Shown piece by piece: positions 35,752 to 48,599 of a stretch of DNA of 64,000 nt (positions within the stretch are counted from its first letter, which is position 1; every line of letters starts with the position of its first letter). Origin of the DNA: Rhynchobatus australiae (Eukaryota); the NCBI GenBank assembly GCA_034780895.1, contig JAUZTB010000072.1:17993210-18057209 (forward strand). Reading direction: 5' to 3'. The translations under genes and the position numbers were made by a program. The notes under the pieces are model-generated. The model ran no database searches. It was not told where the DNA came from and saw only the letters and a program-made list of their open reading frames with translations.

Positions 35752-35927
35752 AGTGAGGGTCGGCACCTAAAGGGGAGGGGGCTGATCCCCAGTGAGAGTC
35801 GGCACCTTCAGGGGAGGGGGCTGATCCCCAGTGAGAGTCGGCACCTTCAGGGGAGGGGGCTGATCCCCAGTGAGAGTCGGCACCTCCAGGGGAGGGGGCT
35901 GATCCCCAGTGAGAGTAGGCACCTTCA
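35752..35927 (+). repeat. 39-bp minisatellite array 2
   Basis: About 4.5 units, same unit and orientation as 30312-30493. Confidence 0.97.
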
Positions 35928-36596
35928 AAAGGCTTGAGAAAGTGAGCCAAGGACAGAGAGAATCTATTCCCATTTCAAGCTGGTGAGTCAGTGAGAGCCA
36001 AAGTGGAAGCATTAAGCCTTGTTCTGGAAGGCTTCCAATTTCTCATGACCTGACTCCTTTTCAGTAGGCGGGGCTGTGGGTATGACATATTTGCCAGAAA
36101 GTTCTTCATTTTCACATTCCCTGTGGAGCAGAAAGCTTGTCTGAGAAGCGGATGTTAGTAGCACCTGGTACGGTCCGAACAATGTCTGCACTCTAGCTTG
36201 GCAGGGCCACACTGCAACCACATGGCATGAGATATCATCATGATCTTATGGCAGGACTATGGAAAGCTAAGCTTCTCTGCATCCTCAGGGGGCTGTTAAA
36301 TACTTTTCACAGATTTCTCACTCTTGCACTGGTTGAAAGTTCCTTTCTTCAGCTTCCACCGTCTTTTGGAATGAATCCCATTTTTTTTTGGAAACCAGTA
36401 ATCCTCGTAATATTTTCTCACTCCATCTCTGCTACTGTTTCTCCGAGATCCTTGAGTGGGCTGCCACACAGTCATCTTGTAAACTTGATAAGCGCAAAAT
36501 TTTTCTTAAACTGTGCAATGTTAAATCAAATGCTTTTGTATTACTTATTTGAACGAAGTCCAAGACAGGGGATTGAAGAGAAGAAGATTTTGCGAC

Positions 36597-36720
36597 AGAG
36601 AGAGAGAGAGAGAGAGGGAGAGGGAGAGGGAGTGGGAGAGAGAGGAAGAGAGAGAGAGAAGCACAGAGGGAGAAACATACAGAAATATACAACAGAGAGA
36701 GAGAGAATAAAACAGGCAGA
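36597..36720. repeat. (GA)n microsatellite / purine tract
   Basis: GAGAGAGA and GAGGGA runs. Confidence 0.9.
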
Positions 36721-38619
36721 AACACTGTGAGATGAAAGTGTGCGTGAAGATGTCTCTTTACCAGCAGTGATAACTCAGCAATGATTTTGTCACTAAATAC
36801 AAAGCAGATTTTACAACAACATTCACAATTTTATTTCCATTTCACTCACTCACCTGCATTAGTTGGTGATGTTAATCTGTGAGAACATCTGCCAGGGATG
36901 AACACCTGAGCCTACCCATCTCTGCCCTTGGTCTGTCAGAGCCATGCCATGTTCTTGATATAGACTCAGCACACAGGACCTCTTGCACAGCTTGGAAACC
37001 AATACTGGAAGCTTCGTCAAGTCCCTCTGTCTGACTGTGGGACAGACCAAGCCCAATGCACAGTTCCACTGCCAGTCCTGGGGTTTTGCATCTGAAGCCA
37101 GGTGAAACCTTTGGCTGCCTTTTTCACAGCCTAAAGCTGCCCCAGAGGAGCTCGAGACTCACGTGAGCTGTTTCAACATGATTAAAGGGTTTCATTGCGT
37201 GATGAGATGGAAGGTATTTCTTCTGATGAGGCTAGAGCAAGGAGCTAAAACCTCAAAATTGGAGCTAGCAGTCACGGTGTTGGTGGGAAGCATTCTTTGA
37301 TGGGGAATATTGGAAATGTGGATCTCTGTTGGGGATGGGTGCAGGGTTTTAGTTGACCATTTCTAAACTAAGGTCAGGAAGGATATTATGGGCTTTGGAA
37401 TGAAACGAGTAGAAAGAGTTAAGATGCAGATCAGCCATGGCACAAATGGATGTCAGAACAAGTTTGAGGGGCTAAATGGTCCCACGATTCCACTGTGGTT
37501 CCAGTGGGTCTGCACCATCTACCGTTGTGGTGGCTACCAGGAATAGGAATACAGATCCTTAGTAGTGACCCCCTGTGGGATACATGGGCCCAGGGACAGA
37601 TGAGCTACATTTTGGGGCTGGAACGCATTGCCCCATTTTCTGAGAGCAATCCATTGGCTCTGTAACTAACATTCCAGGACACTTGGTGATGATGTCAAGC
37701 AACAGGTAAAGACACATCCAACGGCACGATATCACAGCTTCATGATGGCCCATCCAATTCTGGATGGACATATCAGATGTCCCAACTCACTAATGCCTGA
37801 GTTCCTGGCCAGTGGATAAAGAGGCAGGAATCCCACATGACAAGATCCAACCCACACCTGGTTACTTTGACCAGCAGAGCAGCAGATTCCTGGATGGCAG
37901 ATGAAAATATTAGGATGCTATTAAATTTATTGAGAAAAACACTTACAAAAGTCATAGAGATTGTAGCCCTCGGCATCAGTGAAACCACAGTCGGTGATGC
38001 AGGCGGGTAACTTTTCTGTCCTGTCAGTCCAGTGTAGGCAATAATCCCTTAAACTTTTCTGCCGCCTGCTTTCATTCTCTGTCTTCTGTCAGCAGTCAGC
38101 AGTTGTTTGATCGCACTATTTCCAGGGTTACTGGGTGGGCTGTGGGGCTCAGGGGAGTCTTGGAGGGAGTGGGATTGGATTTCATGGAGAATCCCAGGAT
38201 TTCTGGGGGGAGAACCATGTTTGAGGGGAGAGAGAAGAGGAACATGAAGTTTGAGGGTGGGTGAGATGTCATTGGGGTTTGTGGGGTCCAGGCCAGTAAG
38301 AAACAAGATTGTTTCTGTGGGTCAGTTCTGCCACTCTGGGACCAACACAAATAATTCAGCTCTTGTTCTCACCTGGTCTGCATTGCTGGAATTATAGGGT
38401 GGAGTTATAATAGTGTGCGGTCTGCTTTGCATTTAGTGACAAAACCATTTCTGAGTTATCCATCCCAGTAAGAATACATTCTCACTCTGTCTCACATTCT
38501 AAGACACCAGTTACTGTATTAAAGGGCTGGATTTCCTGAAGCTGGAGGACTCTTTGAAGTTTCCTTCTGAAATTCCCCCCATTTACAGCCAGCAAGAGCA
38601 GTGAGAATTGGTTACAGAA

Positions 38620-38930
38620 GCCTTCAGGAACAGTTAGTTTCCTACAGCCATTAGGTTCTTGGACCAACCTGCACAACCCTAATCCTACCTCAGCAACTGA
38701 ACATTATGGACCACATCTTGCACTACCATGGACTTCTCTCTGTGGTTTTGTTTGCACTACAAAGTCTTGCTTATACACAGTCTTTTTTTTCTTCACTGTC
38801 TTGTATAATTTACATTCTATGTGTTGTCTGAACTTATGTGCCTGTGATGCTGCTGCAAGCAAGTTTTTCACTGCACCTGTACCCCTCCGTATTTGTGCAT
38901 GTGACAATAAACTCAATTTGACCACTTGAT
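38620..38930 (+). mobile_element. Rex1/Babar-like LINE 3' end
   Basis: TTCAGGAACAGTTAGTTTCCTACAGCCATTAGGTTCTTG (decayed FRNSFFPTAIR.L) followed by a UTR with AATAAA. Confidence 0.65.
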
Positions 38931-41229
38931 CCTCAGGATTGGGATTAGCTCTGAACCACCCCCCCCACCCCCACCCCCGTGGCTGAAGGGCAACAGGTAT
39001 TGGAAATGAACCAAAACTAGAATTGGGACATGGAGGTTGGCAGTCAAGGCCTTTGGGAGGTAGGCTGAGTATTGGAGACTCGGTCTGTGACAGTCACTAT
39101 GAGGTCTACAGGACCTGGATCAAGGTCTGCAGGAACCATGACTCTGGGAGTCTGTGGGGTTCACATTGTTCTCAACACTTCCAGTTATCACCACTTGCAT
39201 CCAACAGTAGGTGACATTAATGCTCCTGAATGGAAACTCCTTATTGGACCAGGGATTCACCATCGGGAGCCAAGTGGCCACATTTCATTTATTTTATTAG
39301 ATAAGTAGGAAAAGAGAAATGTGTGAATCTTTGTAATTAGAATGTTGGATGATTAGTTGGAGGGAGACGGGCTGCATTTGATGTTTAGTGAGCTGCTATC
39401 AACCCGGTGAGTGTGGAGCGAGGGAATGAGAGAGACGTTTGCTCTCCTTTGATCCACCGCCCCAGGCACACTTCACAACCACTTCCAGTCTGAGTGAGTG
39501 GTTTTCAGTTATTCCTGGCAAGTGTCTGTTGGAGATAAGAACAGAACCCCAGCATTGTACACAACCCATCACACCAGCAGCTGGCCAATCTGTGGAATTA
39601 CAGTAAAATCCATGTCGGGAACAGAGAAGTCCGTATAGGTGCTTCAGAATACTGTAAACACTTCAAGTCAAGTATTTAAAATGTTCTGAAGCACCTGTAC
39701 TGAAGGGTCATTGTGGGATGGAATAAGATGGTTCATCAATTCTTGCCTCTGTCTCTCCTGCTTTTCCTTTGTAAATCTGCCTCTCTTTCTGCCTGGAAGG
39801 TTCAAATTCTGATTACTGTTGTCCCCTACAAGCTCTGCTCTATTGGTACAAACATTCCCTGCATTTAACACTTCCATTTAATTAACACAGTGAGAGGTTT
39901 TGTCAAAGTAAATGCCGTTATAAGAAAACAGCAGTCAGTGGAGCTTCCCCTGTTCATCCCTCAGAATTTCTCAAATCCTGCTTAATGCTCTTTCTCCTTC
40001 TTCCTCTCTCTCTTTCTCTTTCTCTCTTCTTCAACCTCCCTTCTTCCTTCTTTCTTATCTTCCTTCATTCATTCCTGTCTCCCATCATCTCCCTCACTAC
40101 CTCCTTCACTATCTGTCTCTTTCCCTCTCCCTCATTCTTCTTAATCCTCCTTTCTCACCTTCCCTCTCATCCAATCTCCCTCACTTCATCCCTCTCCTCA
40201 TTTCTCTTCTTCCCCTCCAATTGAGCTCCTGCTATCAAGCACTCCCAGAGCCATCGTGTATCTCTCCAAGCACCAAACCCTCTGACACATCATCACCCCT
40301 GTTGTACGAGAAGCATTAGATGTGGTGACAAACAGACAGATATCGAAAGCCTACTCAAGACGGAAAGGTCAATTGGCCGCATGTGCTTTCCGTTAGTTAC
40401 AAATACCAGACTGACAGGGGCGGGCCCTGTAATTAATCCCTGCTCTCCTCCGAGCCCTGGCTCCTTCCTTTTCTCACCCTGTGACTGCAGATGACTCAGT
40501 GAGCCTAAGTGTTAAATTCGCCATTGTTATTCACTATGTTCGGAGGGGCTGTAAGATTATTTGCTCTTTCACAAATCAGGCAAGATCACAAGGAGCACAG
40601 GTGGATGCTGCAATGTCTGTCAGATTCCCTGATTCCAAAAGCATGGATTACTGTAAAATGCCCCACAGATGGAAGTCCTTTGGCCCATCGGACCTTTGCC
40701 AGCTCTTTGCAAACCTATCTGTTCTTCCACTCCTACACTCTCCCCATGCAGTCAAATGCTTCTTTCCCCTTTAAGTATTTATCAAACTCCTTTTGGAAAA
40801 AGCATTGAGTCTCTTCTTCCACTCTTTCAGGCCATGTTTAGTGAGGGCTCAGCAGAAGCAATAAACCAAATCATGTATGAGAGTGACCTTTAGCTCCTAT
40901 CGTACTTTGTAAAAGTAGCTCATTATACACGAGTTGCAAGACACATTCAGTGTAAACATGTGCCAGTGTGAATGGATGTGTGGATGAACTAGTGAGTGGG
41001 AAGATGGAAGATCCTGACTCATACGTTTGTAGTGTATGCATATCTGCATACATTCAGTACTGGGTTATTTTTATATATTTGTGTAATTACGTTTAGGTAC
41101 TCTGAATGAATACGCATATGTTTTATGGAAGTGGGTTTCTATTTTGATGGCTTGCATGCATGTGAATATAAGTGGGCAGGAGTGTTTGAATCTGTGGGGT
41201 CAAGATGTCTGTGTGTGCACATACATCAG

Positions 41230-41900
41230 TGGCCTCAGGGTTAAACTACTGTCCATCCAGAGTAAGGATCCTTAAACCAATGTACATTTTGAGTCAGCAC
41301 TCAGTGTTCAATTCGGTCTCTCAGAAATGGCACCTTTTAATTAAACGGGTTCCCTTTTGTACCCTCGGGGTTAAAAACTTGTCCCCTTAAGGTTAGCGCT
41401 CTCAAGGTTAAACCTGTGTCCATTCAGAATCAGCATTCACTGGGATAAGACTGTGNNNNNNNNNNNNNNNNNNNNNNNNNNNNNNNNNNNNNNNNNNNNN
41501 NNNNNNNNNNNNNNNNNNNNNNNNNNNNNNNNNNNNNNNNNNNNNNNNNNNNNNNATAAGACTGTGGCCAGTCACACTCAGAATTGACCAGGTTAAGTCT
41601 GTGCCCAAGTGGAGTTGACACTATTCTGTTAAATTTGTGCCGACAAGAATCAACACTCAAAAACTTGCCGTGTGTTTAGCCCCTGCCCACTGAGCCAGCA
41701 CTGTAAGGGTTAAATGTGTGTCTAATTATGGCAGCATTCTCAAGATTAAACCTCTGCCCAGTCAGATACAGCAGCCACTGGGTTAAATCCTTGCCCACTG
41801 AGAGTAGACACTCATCGGGTTAAACAGCTGGCACTCTCAGAGTTAAACCCATTCCCACTCAGCGATGGCATTCACTGGGTTAAACCTGTGCCCACTCAGA
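41230..41900. repeat. Degenerate ~37-38-bp minisatellite (GGGTTAAACCTGTGCCCACTCAGAGTCAGCACTCACT-like)
   Basis: GGTTAAA recurs at about 37-38 nt spacing between 41700 and 41890, with related units upstream. Confidence 0.75.
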
Positions 41901-42575
41901 ATTCTCAGCTGGTGACTGCTCCAAGTGGCTGCTCGTCTTCACTCAGACTCCAGCTGAGCCTATTTCACTATTTATTTACATGTAATTATGTCTGTAAGGT
42001 GCGGTTATTAACTCTGTCAACAGCAATTTGCTTTGACATTTCTCACTTTGTCTCTTACCCACCGTTCTCGCCTAAAACCGCCTGCCACTCAGAACCTGCT
42101 CTGTTTATTCTCTCTTCAAACTGTGTTGCAGATTCATAACAAACCTGTGCTTCACTGTTAAACTCAGCGGTTTCATTCCCTGATCAAATGTCTAGCAAGC
42201 TGTGTATTGAAAGTGTTTTTTTATACTTGTTAGTGAATCTGAATTCAGGGGCTGACAGTTTTTCAAACTAAATTTGTGTCAAAGATTTTTTGAAATGAAA
42301 TCTTAATGTGAAATATTAACCTCCCATTAATCGGTCATAGTTTATAACAGAGAGCAGCTGTTACCGTAGTTGTTATCTCAGTAAACCTCAAAATATGCTG
42401 ACAATCTCAGATTCAGACGGTGCACTTGGGGAGAAAAAAATCCCTACAGATGTCAGAATAGAAAGGGTGAGAGCAAATTGGGAGCCTGTTTTGCAACTTA
42501 CTTGGTTCCATTTTCTGAAATGGAGAGTAAAACTGGCTGGTTATTTGCTCCCATTGGACAGTATATGATTTCCCA

Positions 42576-42685
42576 AAGGTGCCGACCCTCACTGGGGATC
42601 AGCCCCCTCCCCTGAAGGTGCCGACCCTCTCTGGGGATCAGCCCCCTCCCCTGAAGTTGCCGACTCTCACTGGGAATCAGTCCCC
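42576..42685 (-). repeat. 39-bp minisatellite array 3 (inverted)
   Basis: About 2.8 units of AAGGTGCCGACCCTCACTGGGGATCAGCCCCCTCCCCTG, the reverse complement of the unit in arrays 1 and 2. Confidence 0.95.
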
Positions 42686-44021
42686 ATACTAAAAGTCCAT
42701 TTGTCATGCGTGAGCTACTATAACAGGGAGGGGTCGTGGGCCTTATACCCAGTACCCAGTCTGTTTTGTCCAACTTGCATAGTCCTACATGATCCCTGAA
42801 GAGTTGTAGAACAGTGTACAGCAGCTAAAATCCCAATTGATTTTCCCACTGATTCATGTGGCATTCAGACTATAAAACCCAACAGTCTGCCCAGCAGAGA
42901 TGCACAAACCTGCTACGTACCACAGCTTGAACCTGGGATCTTGCTTGCAGTTTGTCTGAGTACCCCACTGAGTGAAGCATTCCTCTCTTGAGCCCTGGGG
43001 GTGGCTGGTGTCAGCACTATCAGTACAGTAACACACGCGGTATCTTAATTAATACACCAGATTCCTTTTGTCATTACTGGATCACAAACATGAATAGAAA
43101 ATGTTTGAGAAACAGCTGCAATGTGCTCCATTCTCTGGGGTACAAAATCTCACCCTAGGGTCGAAGATAATGTTTATCACAGCCCTCTCTCTCTCTCTAT
43201 CTCCCCCTCTCTCTTTCTCTTTCCTGTTCTCTCATTTATTATCTCTACACAAACCCAATGAGAGGAACTACATTCATTTCTACAACCAGCTATTATTTTC
43301 TCAGACACTGTATTTACACCCAGGGGCTCTGCTGTATGTGTTCTCTGCTATGTCAAGTGATAGATGGGAACAGAGGGATTGGTGAACGGACTCTTGTCTC
43401 TCCCAGATGTCTAGTCCAAGTCGCTGTGGACTACATCCAGCTTTGTAATGATCCCCGATCATGCTTCACTCCAGGGTATTGATCACAGGACCCAAGACCA
43501 CGGAGATTAATCCTTCACAATTCAGGGACAATTTTACCAGGAGAATTCCAAATAAAGCTGGGCTGTTTGATCCAGTGCCCATAATAATCAGCAGCATTAG
43601 ACCAAAGAAACAGGAATATAATCAACAGCAATAGCATTTATAAGACAAAGATTGACACTGAGGCACATAAAACAGATATGGAACTGATGACCTACAGCTT
43701 GGTTAAAGAGGAAGTATGTGAGAGGAGTGGGCAGTGAAGAGGCCAGGAGGTTTAGACAGCGTCCTCAGGACTGAGGCTGCTAAAGGCATGACCTGCAGTA
43801 GTGGGATGAAGAGATCAGGGATGCACAAGACCCAAAAATAAGAAGAATGCATCATTACTTATCTCCAAGATTATGTAGCAAAGTAAAATCCATGATCAAT
43901 GACAAGGCATCACCATGAGTCCAAGTTAAATGATCCTCAACAATACTAAGTATTGGTCCAGTCTGATTGGTGGGTTTTGGAGATGGAGTTCCATGGTTAA
44001 GAGAACTATTGAAGTACAGAT

Positions 44022-44580
44022 CCTCTGTAACCTTCACCGCTCTCCCCATCCATGCAACCGTTAGCTCTCTCCCCAACCGTGTAACCTTAACCCATCTCCC
44101 CATCCGCTTAACCGTCACCGCTCTCCCCATCCATGTAACAGTCACCACCTCCCCATCCATGTACCCTTCACCCCTCTCCCCATCCGTGCAACTTTCACCC
44201 CTCTCCCCATCCATGTACCCTTCACCCCCTCCCCATCCGTGCAACCTTCACCCCCTCTCCATCCACGTAACCGTCACCCTCTCCCCATCCATGTAACCAT
44301 CACCCCTCCATATACATGTAACCTTCACCCCNNNNNNNNNNNNNNNNNNNNNNNNNNNNNNNNNNNNNNNNNNNNNNNNNNNNNNNNNNNNNNNNNNNNN
44401 NNNNNNNNNNNNNNNNNNNNNNNNNNNNNNNCTCCACATCCTTGTAGCCTTCACCCCTCTCACCATCCATGTAGCCTTCACCTGTCTCCCTTTCCATGTA
44501 ACCTTCAGCCCTGTCCCCATCCATGAAACCGTCACCCCCTTCCCATCCATGTAACCTTCACCCTTCTCCACATTCCCTCC
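44022..44580. repeat. ~27-bp minisatellite (CCATCCATGTAACCTTCACCCCTCTCC)
   Basis: More than 12 visible diverged units either side of an N gap. Confidence 0.92.
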
Positions 44581-45825
44581 CTCTCTGCAACATCCTCTGG
44601 TCCACTAGTCTTCAACTCTGTTCTGTTTGATTTCTGAGATTTTGGACTTATCCATGTTGTATTGCTTCACTGTAATTAGCCTGCATTCAGATTGTGAGGT
44701 TTCTACGCTTTGGAATTCTTCCTCAAAGTTCTCTAGCTCTCTCCCTCCTTGAGAGCTACATCTTTGATCAAGCCTTTGGTCATCCATCCTAATGTCTGAA
44801 GATCTCAATATTTTATTTTGTGTGACGTGCTTTTAGTGAGCTATTTTACCATGATTAATGCTCCATATAACTTCAAATTGTTGAGGTATTATGAGAAGTA
44901 TGTAATTCAACACTTAGCATTTACAAACTCAATTTTACATAATTTTCTTCTGCAGTAGAGCTCCAGTTCTGATCGGTTGGGAGTGATGTTCCAACTCGTT
45001 CAGAATAATCTNNNAGTGTTGCTTTGGAGTACTGGAGAGGTAATTCCAGAGGGTGAAATCTTAGATGCTTGCCTGCCTAACATTTCTGAGTTGCTGCAGA
45101 GGAAGTTAGTTGTCTTCTCGCACATGGATGAAATGTTTTACTAACAGGGCCATCATTTCACCGGTTAATTGACAAAGACACCATGGTCAAGAAAAGCTGG
45201 AGAGGGAGCAAACAGCGGAATCATTAAACATGGATTGTAATAGGTAGAGAGAAACAGTGAGCTCCAATGAACTGCAGTGCCAAGATACTTGGGTTCAATA
45301 CAGTGAAGAAAGTGGAAGTTAAAGGAAAATTAGTCTTCACTTCACTGAAGAGTGGAGAACAGGATCCCCCAATGTCAGGAACACATCTCTGGCCTGTGGC
45401 ATTAGTCATCTCTGGGCAAACAGGAGATTGGGTCCCTCAGGCAGCAGGTTCCTGGCAAAATCAGTAACATGTTCAATTCTGGTCCCAACCACACACTGAA
45501 CATTCTTTCTTTAACTCCGTTGAGTATTTCCTGTGGTCATATACTTCTCCCCGTTCTTGTCCTTCTGTTGATACAATACACCCNNNNNNNNNNGGACCAG
45601 CCCACTCTCCCCTTTCTGAGCTCCATTTCCTCCCCCTCCCACACATGGTCCCTACCCATAGCAATGACCTTCCCTCCCTCTCACCTTCCACCCCTCACCT
45701 CCCTCCCATCTCCCTCCTTTCCCTTCACCCAGCTCCCTCCCACCCCTCTCTCCTCTCTCCCATCTCCTTCCCATGCTCTGTCCCTCCTCTCCATTCTATT
45801 CCATCCCCTCTCCCCTCTCACTGAG

Positions 45826-46160
45826 TCATAGAGTCATACAGCACAGAAAGAGGCCCTTTGGCCGAGCTCATCCATGCCGACCAAGATGCTCATCTATGCT
45901 AGTTCCATTTGGCTTATGTCCCTCGAAACCTTTCCTATCCATGTNNNNNNNNNNNNNNNNNNNNNNNNNNNNNNNNNNNNNNNNNNNNNNNNNNNNNNNN
46001 NNATCTGCCTCTACCACTTCCTCTAGCAGCTCATTCCATATACCCTCCACCTTCTGTGTGGTTGCCCCTCAGGTCCCTATTAAACGCCTCCCCTCTCACC
46101 TTAAACCTATGCCCTCTAGTTTTTGATTCCCTTTTCCTGGGAATAAGACTGCGTGCATTC
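45826..46160 (-). mobile_element. CR1 3' end
   Basis: ESKTRGHRFKVRGEAFNRDLRGN and GIWNELLEEVVEAD, plus CTATGACTCTATGA tail. Confidence 0.85.
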
Positions 46161-47684
46161 ACCTCTCCTCCCATCCCTCTCCTCCTATCACTTCTCCCCT
46201 CTCCCATCCCATCCTCCCATCCCTCTCCTCCTCCCTCCCAGTCTCCTCCCTGTCTCCCCTCACTCACCCCACCTCCCGTTCCCATCTCCTCCTTCTTCCC
46301 CCATGTTCCCCTCATGCCCTCACCTCCTCCTCATGCCCTAAACTCTCCCCCTCCCTCCCCTTTCTACTGCGTGCTCCATCCACTTCCTCCCAATTCCCTC
46401 ACCATGCTTTCCTTCTGGAGCTTTTCACTTTTCATTAACTCGCTGCAGCCAATTCGCCAAGTGACATGGAGACCAGATAGAAATCATCTCTGTCATCTGT
46501 TCTCTGCCAGACAGGAGCCAGCAAGGCTCAGTCGCAAACACTGTCCAGTCCAGGTCTATTAATTAGAACAGATTGAATGAGGCGTGAAAATCCCCATAAT
46601 TGCACTCATCACAATTTATTTTGAAGCTCATGAATTTGCTTTATTTTGGCTGGAAGATATCCTGACACTTCCCCCTGGTCCCTTCAGTGTTAAACCACTT
46701 CCCAGGGCTTTGCATCTGAGAATCACTGAACTTTTAAAATATTAACTGAGTGAAGTATCTTCAGATTATATCCCATAGTATCAGTGCAGTAATTGGCAGT
46801 AACTCTGAAGAAATTAAGCCCACATGGTTCACCAGTTGAGTCTGGTACAACTTAGGTTACAAACATAGTAAAGCTCCCTCTCTGATGTCCCGTCAAACTT
46901 GGATTAGGTATGGAGTAAAACTCCCTGCTCACCCAGACTGCCTCCTCTGTTCTACCTGTGAAGCAGGATTTGCATTTGTTGAGTGAATTTGTTGATTTGG
47001 TGCTGGCTGCAATGTGTGTTTGGGAGGAAATCTTACTAAATATTGGCAGGAATATTATTTTGGACAGGAAGGGAGGGTTGAATGGGAGTGAAGTCCAGCA
47101 TTCACCCAGGATGACAGGTGCATTATTGTGTCTCCTGCTGCAGTCCTCAGTAAGAGGGAAATGCAGGGGTGGAAGTGATTGTTCCATGCAGAAGATTTCG
47201 AAGCCTACTGATGTGATTATTTGTCATGTTGCAGCACGTCTAACCACACTGCAGGATAGTGCCTGATGGGTTCTCCTGGGGCTGCTTTCACAGTGACGCC
47301 TAACTGCGCGTATGTTCACTGGGGCAGCTCAGCACTGTGATACTTGGTACAGCTCCGACAAGCTGGAAGAGTCAGCACAGGGTGGTCCCACTGGCTTGTC
47401 TTGAGGAATTTCCATTAGCATCAGTTCACTGCCGGCCAGTGGGAGGAGTGGCACATGGAGGGTGCTACCTCTGGTGGCAGCAGGGCAGGGCAGTGGGCAG
47501 CAGTGCAGTGAACTCAGTGTGAGAGAAGGTAATGGGATTCGCTGAGTCACCCACTGAGGGAGGGGTGTGACAGACATTCTATCACCCCAGGGGGATAGAG
47601 TGTGACAGTGAGTCCTAACTCAGTCACCAGTGGAAGAGGGGAAGCTATGTCTTTAGTCCCTAGAGTGGAGAAGGTGAAGAAGGG

Positions 47685-48030
47685 ACATCACAGTGGAATA
47701 TAAAATGATGATGGGTATAGATCGGGTCAACTGCAGGAAACTTTTCCCATATCAGAGGTTGATAAAACTAAAAGACATGGGTTTTGGGTGAGGGGGAAGA
47801 AATTCAGAGAGTACAGGAGGTTGACCTCTCCACCCAGAGAGCAGTGAGTACCTGGAATGCACAACTTGACAGCTGGGTCACTGGCAACATTTAAGGTCTA
47901 AGGGAGCACTCGGATCACTTCGGCATAGAGGGCTGTGGACCGAGTGCCGGCTGACGAGGTTCAGGAAGTCGGCACAGCTGAGCTGGACCAAGCGGCCTGT
48001 TTCCGTGCCCTACAGTTCTGTGATTCTATG
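47685..48030 (+). mobile_element. CR1 3' end
   Basis: YKMMMGIDRVNCRKLFPISEVDKTK and GGCCTGTTTCCGTGC...TTCTGTGATTCTATGA tail. Confidence 0.8.
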
Positions 48031-48064
48031 ATCAGTGTGATCTGGGATGCTGACTCAGTCACTC

Positions 48065-48590
48065 AGTAGGGGAGTGGAGTGTCAGTTGGTGCGACCTGAG
48101 GCACCCAGTGGGAGGAGGGGGGTGGGAGTGGGTGCTGTGGGAGAGGGGGGTAGGAGTGGCTGCCCAGTGGGGGAGGGGGTGGGAGTGGGTGCCCAGTGGG
48201 AGTAGGGGATGGGAATGGGTGCCCAGTGGGAGAGGGGTGTGGGAGTGTCTGCCCTGTGGGAGATGGGGTGGGAGTGGGTGTTGTGGGAGAGGGGGTGGGA
48301 GCGTCAGCCCAGTTGGAAACGGGTGTGGGAGTGGCTGCCCAGTGGGAGAGGGGTGTGGGAGTGGCTGCCCAGTGGGAGAGGGGGTGGGAGTGGGTGGTGT
48401 GGGAGAGGGGGTGGGCGCGTCAGCCCAGTTGGAGACGGGTGTGGGAGTGGCTGCCCNNNNNNNNNNNNNNNNNNNNNNNNNNNNNNNNNNNNNNNNNNNN
48501 NNNNNNNNNNNNNNNNNNNNNNNNNNNNNNNNNNNNNNNNNNNNNNNNNNNNNNNNGGGAGTGGATGCCCAGTCACCCGGTGGGGAGTAG
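48065..48590. repeat. G-rich ~30-bp minisatellite (CCCAGTGGGAGAGGGGTGTGGGAGTGGCTG)
   Basis: Many tandem units with GGG tracts; N gap inside. Confidence 0.92.
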
Positions 48591-48599
48591 TGTGTGACA

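Noticed and set aside
30312-35927. 39-bp arrays as a CRISPR array or a repeat protein
   Set aside because: Units are head-to-tail with no unique spacers, there are no cas genes, and the context is a vertebrate intron; open frames follow from the unit length.
37947-38085. Open minus-strand exon-like segment (KTENESRRQ...YNLYDF) with a gtaagt donor
   Set aside because: Weak pyrimidine tract, ends in phase 1 so it cannot join exon A, and has no recognisable homology.
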